NCBI GenBank assembly: GCA_951406725.2
Contig: OX597826.1
Location: 68,820,001 to 68,884,000 of the forward strand
Length of the DNA: 64,000 bases
From: Octopus vulgaris
Taxonomy: Eukaryota
Reading direction: 5' to 3'
Shown: positions 14,289-26,574 of the stretch, piece by piece
Layout: every line of letters begins with the position of its first letter
Numbering within the stretch: the first letter of the stretch is position 1
Made by a program: the position numbers and the translations under genes
The notes under the pieces: model-generated
What the model was told of the DNA's origin: nothing
What the model saw: the letters and a program-made list of their open reading frames with translations, nothing else
Database searches by the model: none

Positions 14289-14875
14289 GTTTGATGATTT
14301 CATCTTCCTTGGCTCCAAATAAATCGAGATGGTGAATGCACTCCAGAAATAAAACGGCGGATACTACTAGGCAGAGATGAAATGGTCAGCATGAGCAGGG
14401 TCTGGAAGAGTAGAGACATCAGACTCGCTACCAAATGCAGATTGGTGAATGCAATTGTCTTCCCAATAGCAACATATGGATGCGAGACCTGGACACTAAA
14501 GAAAGCTGACCAGAAGAGAATTAATGCATTCGAGCTTTGGTGTTGGAGAAGACTTTTGCCGATTCCATGGACAGCGAGGCTCACCAATGGAAAAGTTCTT
14601 AAGCAGATAAGGCCGAAACTGTCGCTAGAAGCTAGGATCACCAAGCATAGATTGACATATTTCGGTCATATTATGCGGAGAAAATCCCTGGAGAAGGACA
14701 TCATGCTCGGAATGGTCAGTGGCAAGAGAGGAAGAGGCCGACCAAGAACCCGCTGGCTTGACACCATCAAGACTGATACCGGAATGGAAATAGCCAATCT
14801 GAAAGAAGCGGCGCAGGATGGAACTGACTGGAGGACACTGATCCAACAAGTGACCGAGAGTCGACTTCGACTGAG

Positions 14876-14879
<4 letters not shown>
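14284..14879 (+). mobile_element. 5'-truncated RTE (BovB-like) LINE, ORF C-terminus
   Basis: IKRRI.LG...LATKCRLVNAIVFPIATYGCETWTLKKAD..RINAFELWCWRRLL.IPWT...YFGHIMRR...GKRGRGRPRTRWLD; sits inside (TA)n. Confidence 0.93.
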
Positions 14880-14929
<50 letters not shown>

Positions 14930-14954
14930 CATACATACACATATATATATATGC

Positions 14955-14989
<35 letters not shown>

Positions 14990-15357
14990 TTTAATCAGTC
15001 GTATGTCCAAATTTGGTCAAATGAGTTGTTATTTTTTAATTTTGTTTGCAAAAAGCCGGTTCTTTCGGTCAAACTATCATATCTACAGCTGCTTCAGAAG
15101 CCAAGATGCGAAAATTGATTGAGTACAACGGTTTAGCATTATTCAAAAGTGTAGTAAGTCTCCCACACGTCAGTTTCTCATAAATATTTCTGACTGAAAA
15201 TATCATACATGCATGAAGTTTCGATTTTATGCAGCGAACAAATTGTTATTGTTAAGCTGAAACTGTTCCGAATGTAATAAAAATTGGAATGTTGAAACTA
15301 CAAAAGCAACATTTTGAACTTAAGACACTTTTGCATAACAGTAACGATATATTTACA

Positions 15358-15580
15358 CAGTGTTGGCCAAAAGTCATCTGATAGTAAATCAAAACCATTT
15401 AATTCCAAGATGTCTTTATGTTTAGCAACTGAATGAATTTAATAAACGCATCTAAATATGAATGCATCATGAACATTGTGCAAACAGAAGTTCTTCTTGA
15501 GCGACTGATTTTTTCCATTCGTGTCAATACAGAATGAAACATAGTATTTATGGAGTTTTGATTTACTGTCAAGTGACTTT
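15358..15580. mobile_element. Tc1-like MITE remnant
   Basis: CAGTGTTGGCCAAAAGTCA.CTGATAGTAAATCAAAAC / GTTTTGATTTACTGTCAAGTGACTTT inverted arms; right end truncated at (TA)n. Confidence 0.65.
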
Positions 15581-15698
15581 ATATATATATATATATATAT
15601 AAATATATATGTCAGCCGAAATTGCGAGGATGATCCGGTTCTTGACTGAAGATTAGAGGCTTCGAATGACCCGTCCGTTTTTTGTATCGTCTATTTGA

Positions 15699-15736
<38 letters not shown>

Positions 15737-15774
15737 ACTGTATATATGTGTGTGTCTGTCTGTATTCTTTTCTT

Positions 15775-16084
15775 TCTTCTTTTTTCTTTTACTTGTTTCA
15801 GTCATTTGACTGCGGCCATGCTGGAGCACCGCCTTTAGTCCGACTAATCGACCCCAGGACTTATTCTTTGTAAGCCTAGTACTTGATTCACTGGTCGCTT
15901 TAGCCGAACCCTTAAGTGACAGGGACGTAAACACACCTGCATCGGTTGTCAAGCGATGCTGGGTGGGGGGACAAACACAGACACACAAATACACACACAC
16001 ACATACACATATATAACGCACAGGCATATTTCAGTTTTGGTCTACCATATCTTATCACAAGGTTTTGGTCGGCAAGAGGCCATA
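15775..16084 (-). mobile_element. SINE family A (5'-truncated)
   Basis: Reverse complement of SINE-A body and tail. Confidence 0.9.
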
Positions 16085-16172
16085 TTTGGAATAAAACCAA
16101 TGTTGTCTTCGAAACATATGTCGAAAGTAAAAGTATTTGAATAGCATCTGCGTTCAACTCTATTAATTTACT

Positions 16173-16264
<92 letters not shown>

Positions 16265-16279
16265 CACATATATATATAT

Positions 16280-16661
16280 ATATATATATAAACGGCAGTT
16301 TGTCTGTGTGTGTTTCTGTGTGTCTGTTTGGTTGTACCCTCACTCTGACCACGGCTTTCAACCGATTCTGATGAAACTTGACACACACATAGCCCAATGT
16401 CATAATTCAAAACTAACGCAGCGAAAATTTTGAAAAGTTCCCCCAGTTCTGAAAAACATCGATAAATTCGACATGGGGTCGACAATCAGAAACACAAACC
16501 ACAGATGGTCTAGGGGACGCAACTCGACCTTTTTAACTATCAAAAAAAATTTACCATAATTTTTTTTCCCATTTTTTTGCTATTTTTTGGCTATAACTCT
16601 CTAACAATGCTTTATAGTTATTTCCCTTACAAACCCGAGCAACGCCGGGCGATACTGCTAG
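16280..16661 (+). mobile_element. Non-autonomous Helitron, second subfamily
   Basis: Same 3' hairpin CCCGAGCAACGCCGGG and CTAG|T end; 5' end lost in (TA)n; different interior. Confidence 0.8.
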
Positions 16662-16675
16662 TATATATATATAAA

Positions 16676-16706
<31 letters not shown>

Positions 16707-16734
16707 ACACACACAAACATACAAACATGTGTAA

Positions 16735-17134
16735 GTTTCCGACTGACCCCATCTCAAAGTTTTGGTTTTCTTCCGGAGTTTTGTTTCGACGAGGAGCTTT
16801 TTCCTCCTTTCTCAAAGGCTGTCATTACTTTCGAAACAGTACACCTTGATACACCAAACATTTCGTCTGTTTTCGTTACGCTAGCACCTGCCATATGAGC
16901 ACCAACAATTTGACCTCGTTGAAGGTCCAATAGGTCTGTCATTTTAATGATTTCTAATTACCTTTTTCTGGTGATAACTGAAAAGAAACAACAATTTTAG
17001 AAAAACATATTAAGCAATACTAATAATAAATTAAAAAAAAAACAGGAAAATAATCAAGATTTGACGGTTTTATTGATTTTTCACAATTATGATGCTATGA
17101 CGTTAGGTGTTTCCATTATTTTGTCCAACACCCG
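16735..17134 (-). mobile_element. Tc1-like transposon left end with transposase N-terminus
   Basis: TIR TA|CGGGTGTTGGACAAAATAATGGAAACACC; MTDL.D.QRGQIVGA.MAGASVTK...GVSR.TVSKV...NSGRKPKL (paired-like HTH + GRPR-like motif). Confidence 0.88.
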
Positions 17135-17284
17135 TACATAAACGTACACATATATTTGTGTCTATGTATGTTCGTATACACACTCACACACACATATATA
17201 TACACATACACATTCACATATATATACATATAAATATACGTGCACATATATTCATGTCTATATATTTGTGTATATATATATATA

Positions 17285-17640
17285 CAGGAGTGGCTGTGTG
17301 GTAAGTAGCTTGCTAATCAACCACATGGTTCCGGGTTCAGTCCCACTGCGTGGCAACTTGGGCAAGTATCTTCTGCTATAGCCCCGGGCCGACCAATGCC
17401 TTGTGAGTGAATTTGGTAGACGGAAACTGAAAGAAGCCTGTCGCATATATGTATATATATATGTATGTGTGTGTGTTTGTGTGTCTGTGGTTACGTCCCT
17501 TAGCGGTTCGGCAAAAAAGAGACCGATAGAATAAGTACTGGGCTTACAAAAAGAATAAGTCCCGGGGTCGAATTGCTCGACTAAAGGCGGTGCTCCAGCA
17601 TGGCCGCAGTCAAATGACTGAAACAAGTAAAAGAGTAAAA
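17285..17640 (+). mobile_element. SINE family A (near full length)
   Basis: GGAGTGGCTGTGTGGTAAG A-box, GGTTCAGTCCC B-box, conserved tail. Confidence 0.93.
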
Positions 17641-17646
17641 AAAAAA

Positions 17647-17680
<34 letters not shown>

Positions 17681-18200
17681 CAATAGTGTACATTTAAACG
17701 CAAAAGAAAAATTACCCTTTGACAGGTAATTTTTACATGCTACAAACTACAAATAGCAACCAACACGGCTAAAACTACAATTTAACAGCAATTTTCGAAG
17801 TAATTGAAAAATAAAAACTTTTACCTTGTTATTTATTATCGGTTTTACCATGGTTTCGAAATTTCTTTAGCAAACAATATTATTTGCCTTCCTTTAATAG
17901 ATAATTTAGCAAAACAATATCATTGCAAGGCGAATTCTCATCAGTAACCGCCCTCTATAACCAACTTATAATTCCGAGACAAGAACACGTTCCCTCTCAT
18001 TATATGTTATAACTTTTCAAAAGTCTGCGCGGAGGCGCATTTGCAGTCAGCAATAAGAACAAAACCGAGCTGAATCTTCGAGAATGCTAAGAATATATTC
18101 ATGTTAAATTGTAGTTTTCGTCGTGTTGGCTGCTATTTCTTGCATGTAAAAATTACCTGCCAAAGGGTAATTTTTCTTTCGTGTTTAAATGTACACTATT
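17681..18200. repeat. Foldback element with ~100-bp inverted arms
   Basis: AATAGTGTACATTTAAAC...AACTACAATTTAAC (17682-17785) is inverted at 18102-18199. Confidence 0.8.
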
Positions 18201-18292
18201 TAAAAATATGAATATATTGTCTATTGACTATTTATACATGGTAGACCATTGGTAGTGATATTTATAACGAATATTCGCTACCCTATATAATG

Positions 18293-18325
<33 letters not shown>

Positions 18326-18329
18326 CTGT

Positions 18330-18372
<43 letters not shown>

Positions 18373-18669
18373 TGCGTGCAGGCGCATTTACAGTCAGCAA
18401 TAAGTACAAAACCGAGCTGAATCTTCGAGAATGCTAAGAATATATTCATGTTAAATTGTGGTTTTCGTCGTGTTGGCTGCTATTTCTAGCATGTAAAAAT
18501 TACCTGCCAAAGGGTAATTTTTCTTTCGTGTTTTAATGTACACTATTTAAAAATATGAATATATTGTCTATTGACTATATTGAATATATTGTCTATTGAA
18601 TATATTGTCTATACATGGTAGACTACTGGTAGTGATATTTATAACGAATATTCGCTACCCTATATAATG

Positions 18670-18690
<21 letters not shown>
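18023..18690. repeat. Tandem duplication of ~290-bp unit
   Basis: 18023-18310 repeated at 18370-18690 at high identity, separated by (TG)n. Confidence 0.92.
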
Positions 18691-18721
<31 letters not shown>

Positions 18722-19256
18722 ATTATGATGGTATATTTATAACTGATATGATATTCTTTGAATTTACTTTGCGAACAAAGTAAAACGAAACCAATACCTT
18801 CGGTCGATTAATAATTTATTGTATACTAAATCTCCAGCTGCCGTATATTCCGTTAAAGTTTCGTGTCCAAAGGCAATGCTCACACGTAACTCACTACTGG
18901 AAATGTTACTATAAACGAAATCAACTAATTAAAACCTTGCAGAATATATACATACACACAATGCTGCATGTGTGTTGTTAAGGTTTTCAAGTCGGCTGGG
19001 GGAAAATATTGAACAATTTCTAGACATATTAAACACCTCCGTAAAATATTTTCCTCACCGTGGCCAAGAGAACGTGTATCAGAAATATGTAGAAAGACAG
19101 TAAGTACATTGCCGCCTAATTTTATGATTATAATCAGTCTTACTCAACGTAACTGCTCAACGTAACTTGCTAAATGCTCTCCGCTTATAAGGTGCAATAA
19201 TAAATGTTTCTTTCTTCAGTTAAGCTGAGCAATGATCATAATACATATTATATATT

Positions 19257-19469
19257 ATTTTCTACTCTAGGTACAAGGCCCGAAATTTTGTGAGAGGTGG
19301 CCAGTCGATTAGATCGACCCCAGTACGCAAATGGTACTTGATTTATCGACTATGAGACGACGAAAGCAAATTCGACTTCGGTGAGATTTGAACCCAGAAC
19401 GTAAAGACAGACGAAATATCTGCAAGCATTTCGCCCGGCGTCCTAATTTGTCTACCAACTCGCCGCCTT
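19257..19469 (-). mobile_element. SINE family B (tail variant 2)
   Basis: Reverse complement of SINE-B head/core with ...GGGCCTTGTACCTAGAGTAGAAAA tail. Confidence 0.88.
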
Positions 19470-20017
19470 AATATATATATTATATACTATCTAATGAAGG
19501 TGCCGAACCTAATTTTTACAGTTGCTATTCCTGTATAGATTAGCGCATTGTTTCCTTGAGCGAGGCACATTACCTCACGTTATTTAGTCTACTCCACTGA
19601 GAATGCGCACCAACCGAGCGCTGGTGTGTCTCTCTGTCTCCATGTCACACCTTAAATCCGTCGCTTTGTCACAGGATGGGAGAGATGAGTGATCAATAAC
19701 TCTTCGCGACAACATATTTAACGGCAAATGCATTACTAAATATATTTATTCTCAGGCGACGACTGGCTCTTTTTATTATCCAGAAGACAACTAATTGATG
19801 GAATTAGATTTTAAAACACTAAAAGCGCATGCAAGTTCTATGGTTAATCTCAGTTAACGGAGTAGTTTGAAGTCACTATAGCAGACATGTAAACCAGTCT
19901 TACCCAATTTGTATTTAGTATGGAGAATGGTTCATGAGGTATTTCGAACAGATCTGAAAGCCAAACACTGATTAAAAATCAATCAGAAATAAAAGGAAGC
20001 GCCACAATTATGTTTAA

Positions 20018-20296
20018 CCCTTAAACGGCAGACATCATCAATTGATGTTTCACTTGAGTACAGCGGCCATCATCGGTTTCTCTTTCAAAGATTTTTCATG
20101 AATACAGCGATGATCAAAAGAAAAGTGATTATTTTATGGTAATTTCCGATAAAGCGAATATAAATTTTATTGTGCGCAAGACGAACAATAATTATAGGGT
20201 TTGTCCTTATTTAAAGTGAAAATAAGTATAACAATTAACTTTAAGAAAACCAGTTTGGCAGATATATTTATGCAACCTTTTCTCACTGTGTAAGGG
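20018..20296. mobile_element. Possible piggyBac-like MITE
   Basis: TTAA|CCCTTA...TAAGGG|TTAA ends; TIR identity falls off after 6 bp. Confidence 0.45.
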
Positions 20297-20341
20297 TTAA
20301 TTGAATCGTTTTTGTTTCTCTTTCTTTAAATACAGACACAC

Positions 20342-20738
20342 TAGCATGCTTACTAACAACATGGTTCCGGGTTCAGTCCCACTCCGTTGCACTTTGGCCA
20401 AGTGTCTTCTTCTATAACCTCGAGCCTACCAAAGCCTTGTGAATTGATTTGGTAGACGGAAAAATGAAAGAAGCCGGTCGTATATATATATATATATGTA
20501 TATGTATATGCATCTGTGTGTATATGTTTGTGTGTTTGTCCCCTCCCCCACAAATATCACTTGACAACCGATGCTGGTGTGTTTATGCCCCCGTAACTCA
20601 GTGGTTCGGGAAAAGAGACCGATAGAATAAGTGCTAGGATTGTAACGAATAAGTGCTGGTGTCGATTTGCTCGACTAAAGACAACGTTCAAGCATGGCCG
20701 CAGTCAAATGACTGAAACAATTAAAAGAGTAAAAGAAT
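20342..20738 (+). mobile_element. SINE family A
   Basis: Homologous to the other SINE-A copies; more diverged. Confidence 0.9.
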
Positions 20739-20906
20739 GCATACATACATACAAATTTATATATAATTTTATGTCCAGGTATACACCTTGTAGTATGCTG
20801 TTTATATATATTAGTTGTTTATGGGGACAGATACTGCGCCACACCTACAAAAATATATCGTTATAGAAATAAGCAAAACCGCAAGTAAAACACGAGGTTC
20901 GTTTTG

Positions 20907-21018
20907 AAAAGTCACCTGAGGAGATGTATTGGCACCTAAGAAGCATCAGAATTATTTGTACAGTATCCCATCTGTAAGGTACCTGTGCATGATGTGTTGA
21001 AACGATTGTAGTGATTTT
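20907..21018 (+). ncRNA. Type I hammerhead ribozyme motif (Penelope-like)
   Basis: Stem I AAAGTCAC/GTGATTTT, CTGAGGA 20916-20922, GAAAC 20999-21003, short stem III, GTA triplet 21008-21010. Confidence 0.65.
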
Positions 21019-21092
21019 GAATAAAGAGTCTCTTTAATGCCGTTTTCTATCTCACATATTTTATAGAAATTTACATACACTTACATATATCC

Positions 21093-21283
21093 CACTTGTT
21101 AAGGGGTATCTCTAAAGATATTCTTTAGAAATTGTACCCAGCACGGATTTTTGCTACGACGTTCCGTATCCACGGTGTCAGATTTTAACAAACTATCTGA
21201 CATTCCTGACACGAAACGTCGTAACAAAAATCATGCTGGCTATATTTCCTACAGAATATTTATAGAGATAACCCTACGAAGTG
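21093..21283. repeat. Long imperfect hairpin (~90-bp arms)
   Basis: GGGTATCTCTA..GATATTCT...CCAGCA.GATTTTTG.TACGACGTT.CGT...TGTCAGAT pairs with its reverse complement at 21194-21283. Confidence 0.8.
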
Positions 21284-21583
21284 ATGTAAAACGCACTGCT
21301 AACACAGCAGGACACGGTATTGACTTATATAAACGTTCAATATACTATATAGTACATTAGTGTTGCATAACATAGTGCCGCCTCCCTACAAGTCATTAAT
21401 ATTTCCATAGATGTATGAGTGCGTGTGTATGCTTCTGTGTGTCTGTAGATGTCCTCTGTAGCGTTGAATTTGTTTGGTGTAAGTGTTATTAATATCAATA
21501 AAAAACCGGCAAATTTTCCAACGTAGGACTTATTTCATTTTCATCTACCCAAGTGATGGTATAATGCTTTGCTTTATACCCTG

Positions 21584-21965
21584 TGGAGTCGCAATGGCCC
21601 AGTGGTTAGGGCAGTGGGCTCGCGGTTGTAGGATCGCGGTTTCGATCCCCAGACTGGGCGTTGTGAGTGTTTATTGAGCGAAAACACCTAAAGCACCACA
21701 AGGCTCCGGCAGGGGTTGCCGAGGAACCCTGCTGTACTCTTTCACCACAACTTTTACTCTTTTTCCTGTTTCTCTTGTACCTGTATTTCAAAGTAGCCAG
21801 CATAAACATTCCGTGCCACGCTGAATCCCACCCCTACCAGAACTACGTCGACGGTGAACGTGCCTGTGGAGTGCTCAGCCACTTGTACGTTAATTTCACG
21901 AGCAGGCTGTTCCATTGATCGAGTCAACTGGAACCCTTGTCGTCGTAACCGACGGGATGCCACGA
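21584..21965 (+). mobile_element. SINE family C (tRNA-like head)
   Basis: TGGCCCAGTGG A-box, GGTTTCGATCCC B-box, non-tRNA body. Confidence 0.9.
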
Positions 21966-22329
21966 CTTTATACTCTATGTATAACTCCTGACCTCGGTGC
22001 TATTTGACGTCCGACCTTAAATGCCAGAACCAATTCCACAAGATATCATTTTTATCACTCAAAACGATATTCACCAATCCAATTAATATATAGTATTTTA
22101 TACTATATATTGATGTAACCTACTGTCCTAAACGTGATTAACATATACCTAAAACTCTGTGTGTTTGTCTCTGTACCTCTGTGCGCATGTGTGTAAGGAC
22201 AACTATGTACACACATATATACATACATACATACATACGTACGTAATATGTAAATACATAAATACAAATATACATACAAACACTCATACGTACATACATA
22301 CATACATACATACATACATACATACATTC

Positions 22330-22940
22330 CTCACACTTACAAATGAAACTGGAATGATTGTCACCGTTGTTATAAATATTTCAAAGGGAATATTCCAGGG
22401 CGACAGACAGTCTGCGCTTCTGTTTATTTTGAATGTAAACTATACAAGACCGAGAGATATTAATGTTACCATTAACTTCTTTGTTGACTATCTAAAGATC
22501 TATGCTTGAAATATTTAAACTGCTAAGAAACAGCTGGATTTAGTCAAAATAATTTCTACTGATATAGGAATGGAATTCAGCCAAAAGACGTGTTCATATT
22601 TAACAATTGAACGTAATAAAAATGTTCCCTTAACCGAAAACCTTTACATCAATGGTTTCGCTATCTCCTGAGTTCCATACATTAGCTGCTACAAATCCCT
22701 AGGTATTGATGAGGAAATATCAAACAAATGTGCTTTGAATAAAGATGGAGTAAGCAAAATATATTATACTAAACTAAAAAAGAAAAAAGAAGGATATGGC
22801 AGTCAGAACTTTCCTCCAGCAGTGCATTTAAAATACCTATACTAATACCGGTTTTTCTGATACTTGAATGGTAAGTAGAAGAAATATGCTCTGTAGACAT
22901 TGAAAAGAGTGTGAACCTGGTTTCAACTGCAAAATTCCAT
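22330..22940 (+). pseudogene. Decayed RLE-type (R4/Dong-like) LINE reverse transcriptase fragment
   Basis: KGIFQGD.QSALLFIL, FFVDYLKIYA (F.DD motif), TDIGMEF; stops and deletions. Confidence 0.8.
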
Positions 22941-23348
22941 AGGAATGGCTGTGTGGTAAGTAGCTTGCTTACAAACCACATGGTTCCGGGTTCAGTCCCA
23001 CTGCGTGGCATCTTGGGCAAGTGTTTTCTACTATAGCTTCGGGCTGACCAAAGCCTTGTGAGTGGATTTGGTAGACGGAAACTGAAAGAATCCTGTCGTA
23101 TATATGTATATATATATATACGTGTGCTTGTGTGTCTGTGTTTGTCCCCCTAGCATTGCTTGACAACCGATGCTGGTGTGTTTACGTCGACGTCACTTAG
23201 CGGTTCGGCAAAAGAGCGATAGAATAAGTACTGGACTTACAAAGAATAACTCCCGGGGTCGATTTGCTCGACTAAAGGCGGTGCTCCAGCATGGCCGCAG
23301 TCAAATGACTGAAACAAGTAAAAGAGTAAATGAGTAAGAGTAAAGAGT
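22941..23348 (+). mobile_element. SINE family A
   Basis: Near-complete copy with GTAAAAGA-type repeat tail. Confidence 0.93.
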
Positions 23349-24026
23349 TATAAAGACAGTGGCTGTTCTCAAAATAAAGAGCGATGAAACAAATACGGAT
23401 GAGTAGAGTGTTTGAATGTCGGATGGTAACACGCGATACAACGAGAATAACATACACACACGAAGAAATAACGCTCATATACACCCACCGAAGAAAAAGC
23501 GCATAGCAAAGATAGGATAAACAGCTTACCCAAACTAAAGACGCTGTACATAACAATCGTGCGTAGACAAAATAGTGAATTAAAACAAGCTTTTACCAAA
23601 ACTTATAATCGTAGGGACATTATCAAACATAGAGGACCACACAGAAGAAAACTATTATAAAACAAACTTGATGGAACAAACTTGATGGAACAAACTTGGT
23701 TATATTAACAGGTACATCTTGTAGGAAAGCGTGAGTTATACACAAAATGTTTTGTTATCACGATATGAAAAATCAGCGATGAATAAGGAAATTTAAACGA
23801 TCCAATCGCCAAATGGAAAACACCAACCAATGAACAAAACACAATCAGTAAACCACACACACAGATACATACATACACAGATACATACATACACAGATAC
23901 ATACATACACACACATTCTTACACACACTAACGAGTATAAATACACCACCCAAAGCGAGTATATATATATATGTGTATGTGTGTGTGTGTGTATATATAT
24001 AAACATATGTATGTATGTATCTCTGA

Positions 24027-24076
<50 letters not shown>

Positions 24077-24121
24077 GTATACATACAAACACACACACAC
24101 ACACATATATATATATATTTA

Positions 24122-25090
24122 TATGGGAGGACAATTCACAAAGGACGAAGACCGGTGGTGTAGACAACAAACAAATGTATTAGCTTAATGCTCGGGAAGT
24201 GAAAAACTCTTTCGAGCCTACGCACTTCGACAGAAAGGAACACAGAAAGAAACAAGGAGAGAAAATAAAGAATGTCATGAGGCTAGCGATCTATCATGGC
24301 TAATGCCGGACAGAAGGTGCACACAGGAGAGCTAGCGAGAAGGGGAAGATAATAAAGTAGTGGTGACTCCAAAACGAAGGTGCGCGTGCGTAGTATAAGA
24401 GAGTATGTATGTGCGTGTCGAAGAGGGCTGGTGAACTCGACGTGTGCGTATGTGTAGGTGTAGGTGGGAAGATGTGGCGCTGGGAAGTGGTTAGTGCTAT
24501 TGTGTGCGTGGTAGTGTGATGTGATGAGATGTGTTGTGGTATGGTGGTGTATGGTGTAGTGGTGTGTAGTGTGGTGGTGTTGGGAGATAGGGAGGTGAGA
24601 GTGGGGAAAGCAAGGGTGAGGTGGGGCTTAGGATGAGGATGGGATTAGAGGTGTGGTATGTGGGAGTGGGTGTAAGGGATGCGATAGATGGGACGGGAAG
24701 GACAGGGAAGGTGGGGTAGGAATGTGTAGGAGTGGGTCGGTTCACGAGGGAGGAGTGACGATGAAGTGGGGAAGGAGAAGGTGGGTAGGAGTGAAGAGAT
24801 GAGAGAGGGAGTGTAGGAATGAAGAGAAGTAGGAGTCGGAGCAAGAGAGGAGAAGTGGGTGGGAGGGAGGAAGTGGGTGTGAAGGTGAGAGAGTCGAAGG
24901 AAGAAGTTAGATGAAGAGAGGAGGAGAGTTGAGCCCATGTGGCGCAAAGGAGCGAAGAGAGAAGCTTAATCCCTGTTCACGGCGCAAACGAGAGTCCGGA
25001 TAGCCCCTGTTTAAGGACAATCTGAACACGGATAGAGCGGAAATGGCGCGAGACCGGGATGTCATTGCCGAGTTGGATGTCTCGCAGGTG
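24122..25090 (-). mobile_element. 5'-truncated Penelope-like element (GIY-YIG C-terminus, pyrimidine-rich 3' region, pseudo-LTR)
   Basis: RLRREQ.L.FSLRSFAPHGLN* matches the PLE endonuclease end (RE...I..L.T..P.GLN). Segment 24124-24300 is homologous to 26570-26757 and carries a hammerhead-like motif. Confidence 0.75.
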
Positions 25091-25451
25091 TGAATAAAGA
25101 TCATTATGAGTTGATACTTCAAAACAAATATTACTATATGTCTCCCCTATTCCTTAATTCGAGCTGTGCGAATAATACCGGACTGACTTGGTGCCTCAAC
25201 GACTGAATCTTAATTACTTTATATATATATATATCAATTCACACATTCCACTTTGTCTAGTTTTTGTGATGAATACTAAATACTGAATATACATGACAAC
25301 TACCAGACGGCAGTGAACGTGAAACTCTGAGTAACAGATCTGTGTGATATTTTTGCAGCTTCATTAAAAGCTATATTACACTACATTTGGTATGTGAGGA
25401 CTATTTTATCCACCGTGTGTTGAAATTACGTTCTCACGTGTGTATAAATTT

Positions 25452-25484
25452 ATACGTATATACATACATGCATCTATCTATCTG

Positions 25485-25583
<99 letters not shown>

Positions 25584-25625
25584 GTCTGATCTGACTGTCT
25601 ATCTGTCTGTCTGTCTGTCTGTATG
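25452..25625. repeat. (TATC)n microsatellite
   Basis: About 30 TATC units grading into TGTC. Confidence 0.95.
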
Positions 25626-25649
25626 TATGTATGTAAGTAGGTATGTATA

Positions 25650-26538
25650 AATTTAAAATAATAAGGGTTAAATTTGAATATTAATTTGATTAATATCAAT
25701 TTTAAATCAGTTGTCTAGCATATACGAAAATCAGAAGATGCAGAAAAATTATACTACATACATATAAGGTGGATGACCACTAAGTGGACATCCGTTATGC
25801 TGCAAGTCGAACACCTATGGTCTATAACTAAGAAAGGAATGTTCTCAAGACAATTTAGCAAACGCCAGAACGTAAGCGAGCAAGACAAATGAAAAGATAC
25901 AAAATATACAGTTTCAATACAAACCCGCTTGGGTTGTTACCACTTACGTAATACTTACGTAAATGTCCGCAACTCATTAGCGTGAACGTCATAGCAAAAT
26001 ATAATTTGCAGAACTATTCACAGGTCGTCCGCTTGAGATTGAATATGTATACAGTTCTACCAATTAAATTGTTATTAATTAAATCAATATTCAATTTTTC
26101 ACCCTTCTTAATTTAAATTTTAATTTAAATAACTATATTCTCTAACCGGCAAAATTCACTGCAGAGAATTATTTTCTGTAGAATTATTTCCGTTATTATG
26201 GCGCACCAAAACGAAAACTTTTGAAATATAAGTCTAAATGTAATTGGTAGAACTATATATATTTTCAATCTCATGAGAACGTCTCGTGTATGGTGCTGCA
26301 ATTTATATTTTGTTATGAAGATCACACTGACGAGTTGCGGACCTCTACGTAAGTGATTACGTAAGTTGTAACAACGAAATTGGTTTGTAATTAATCTGTA
26401 TATTTTGTATCTTTTCTTTTGTTTAGCTCATTTCCGAACTGGCGTTTGCTAAATTTTCTTCAGAACATTCCTTTCTTAGTGGTAAGAGAGTAGGGGGTCG
26501 ACATCTAGCATAATGGATGTCCACTTAGTGGTCATTCC

Positions 26539-26545
<7 letters not shown>
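25650..26545. mobile_element. Inverted pair of Penelope-like repeat fragments
   Basis: 25763-26010 is the reverse complement of 26297-26545; 25650-25710 is the reverse complement of 26060-26120; contains CTGACGAG...CAACGAAA. Confidence 0.65.

Positions 26546-26569
<24 letters not shown>

Positions 26570-26574
<5 letters not shown>

Noticed and set aside
15001-15118. Dispersed repeat also at 43479-43598
   Set aside because: The homology is real, but there are no ends or coding features to classify it.
14880-15122. Extension of the 246-aa ORF as a fusion gene
   Set aside because: Read-through of the RTE fragment into (TA)n; an artefact.
16368-16378. CTGATGAAAC as a hammerhead core
   Set aside because: No stem II or separate GAAA box; it is part of the Helitron interior.
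21584-21660. tRNA-gene-like sequences at SINE heads
   Set aside because: A and B boxes are present, but they run into repeated SINE bodies without a proper cloverleaf.
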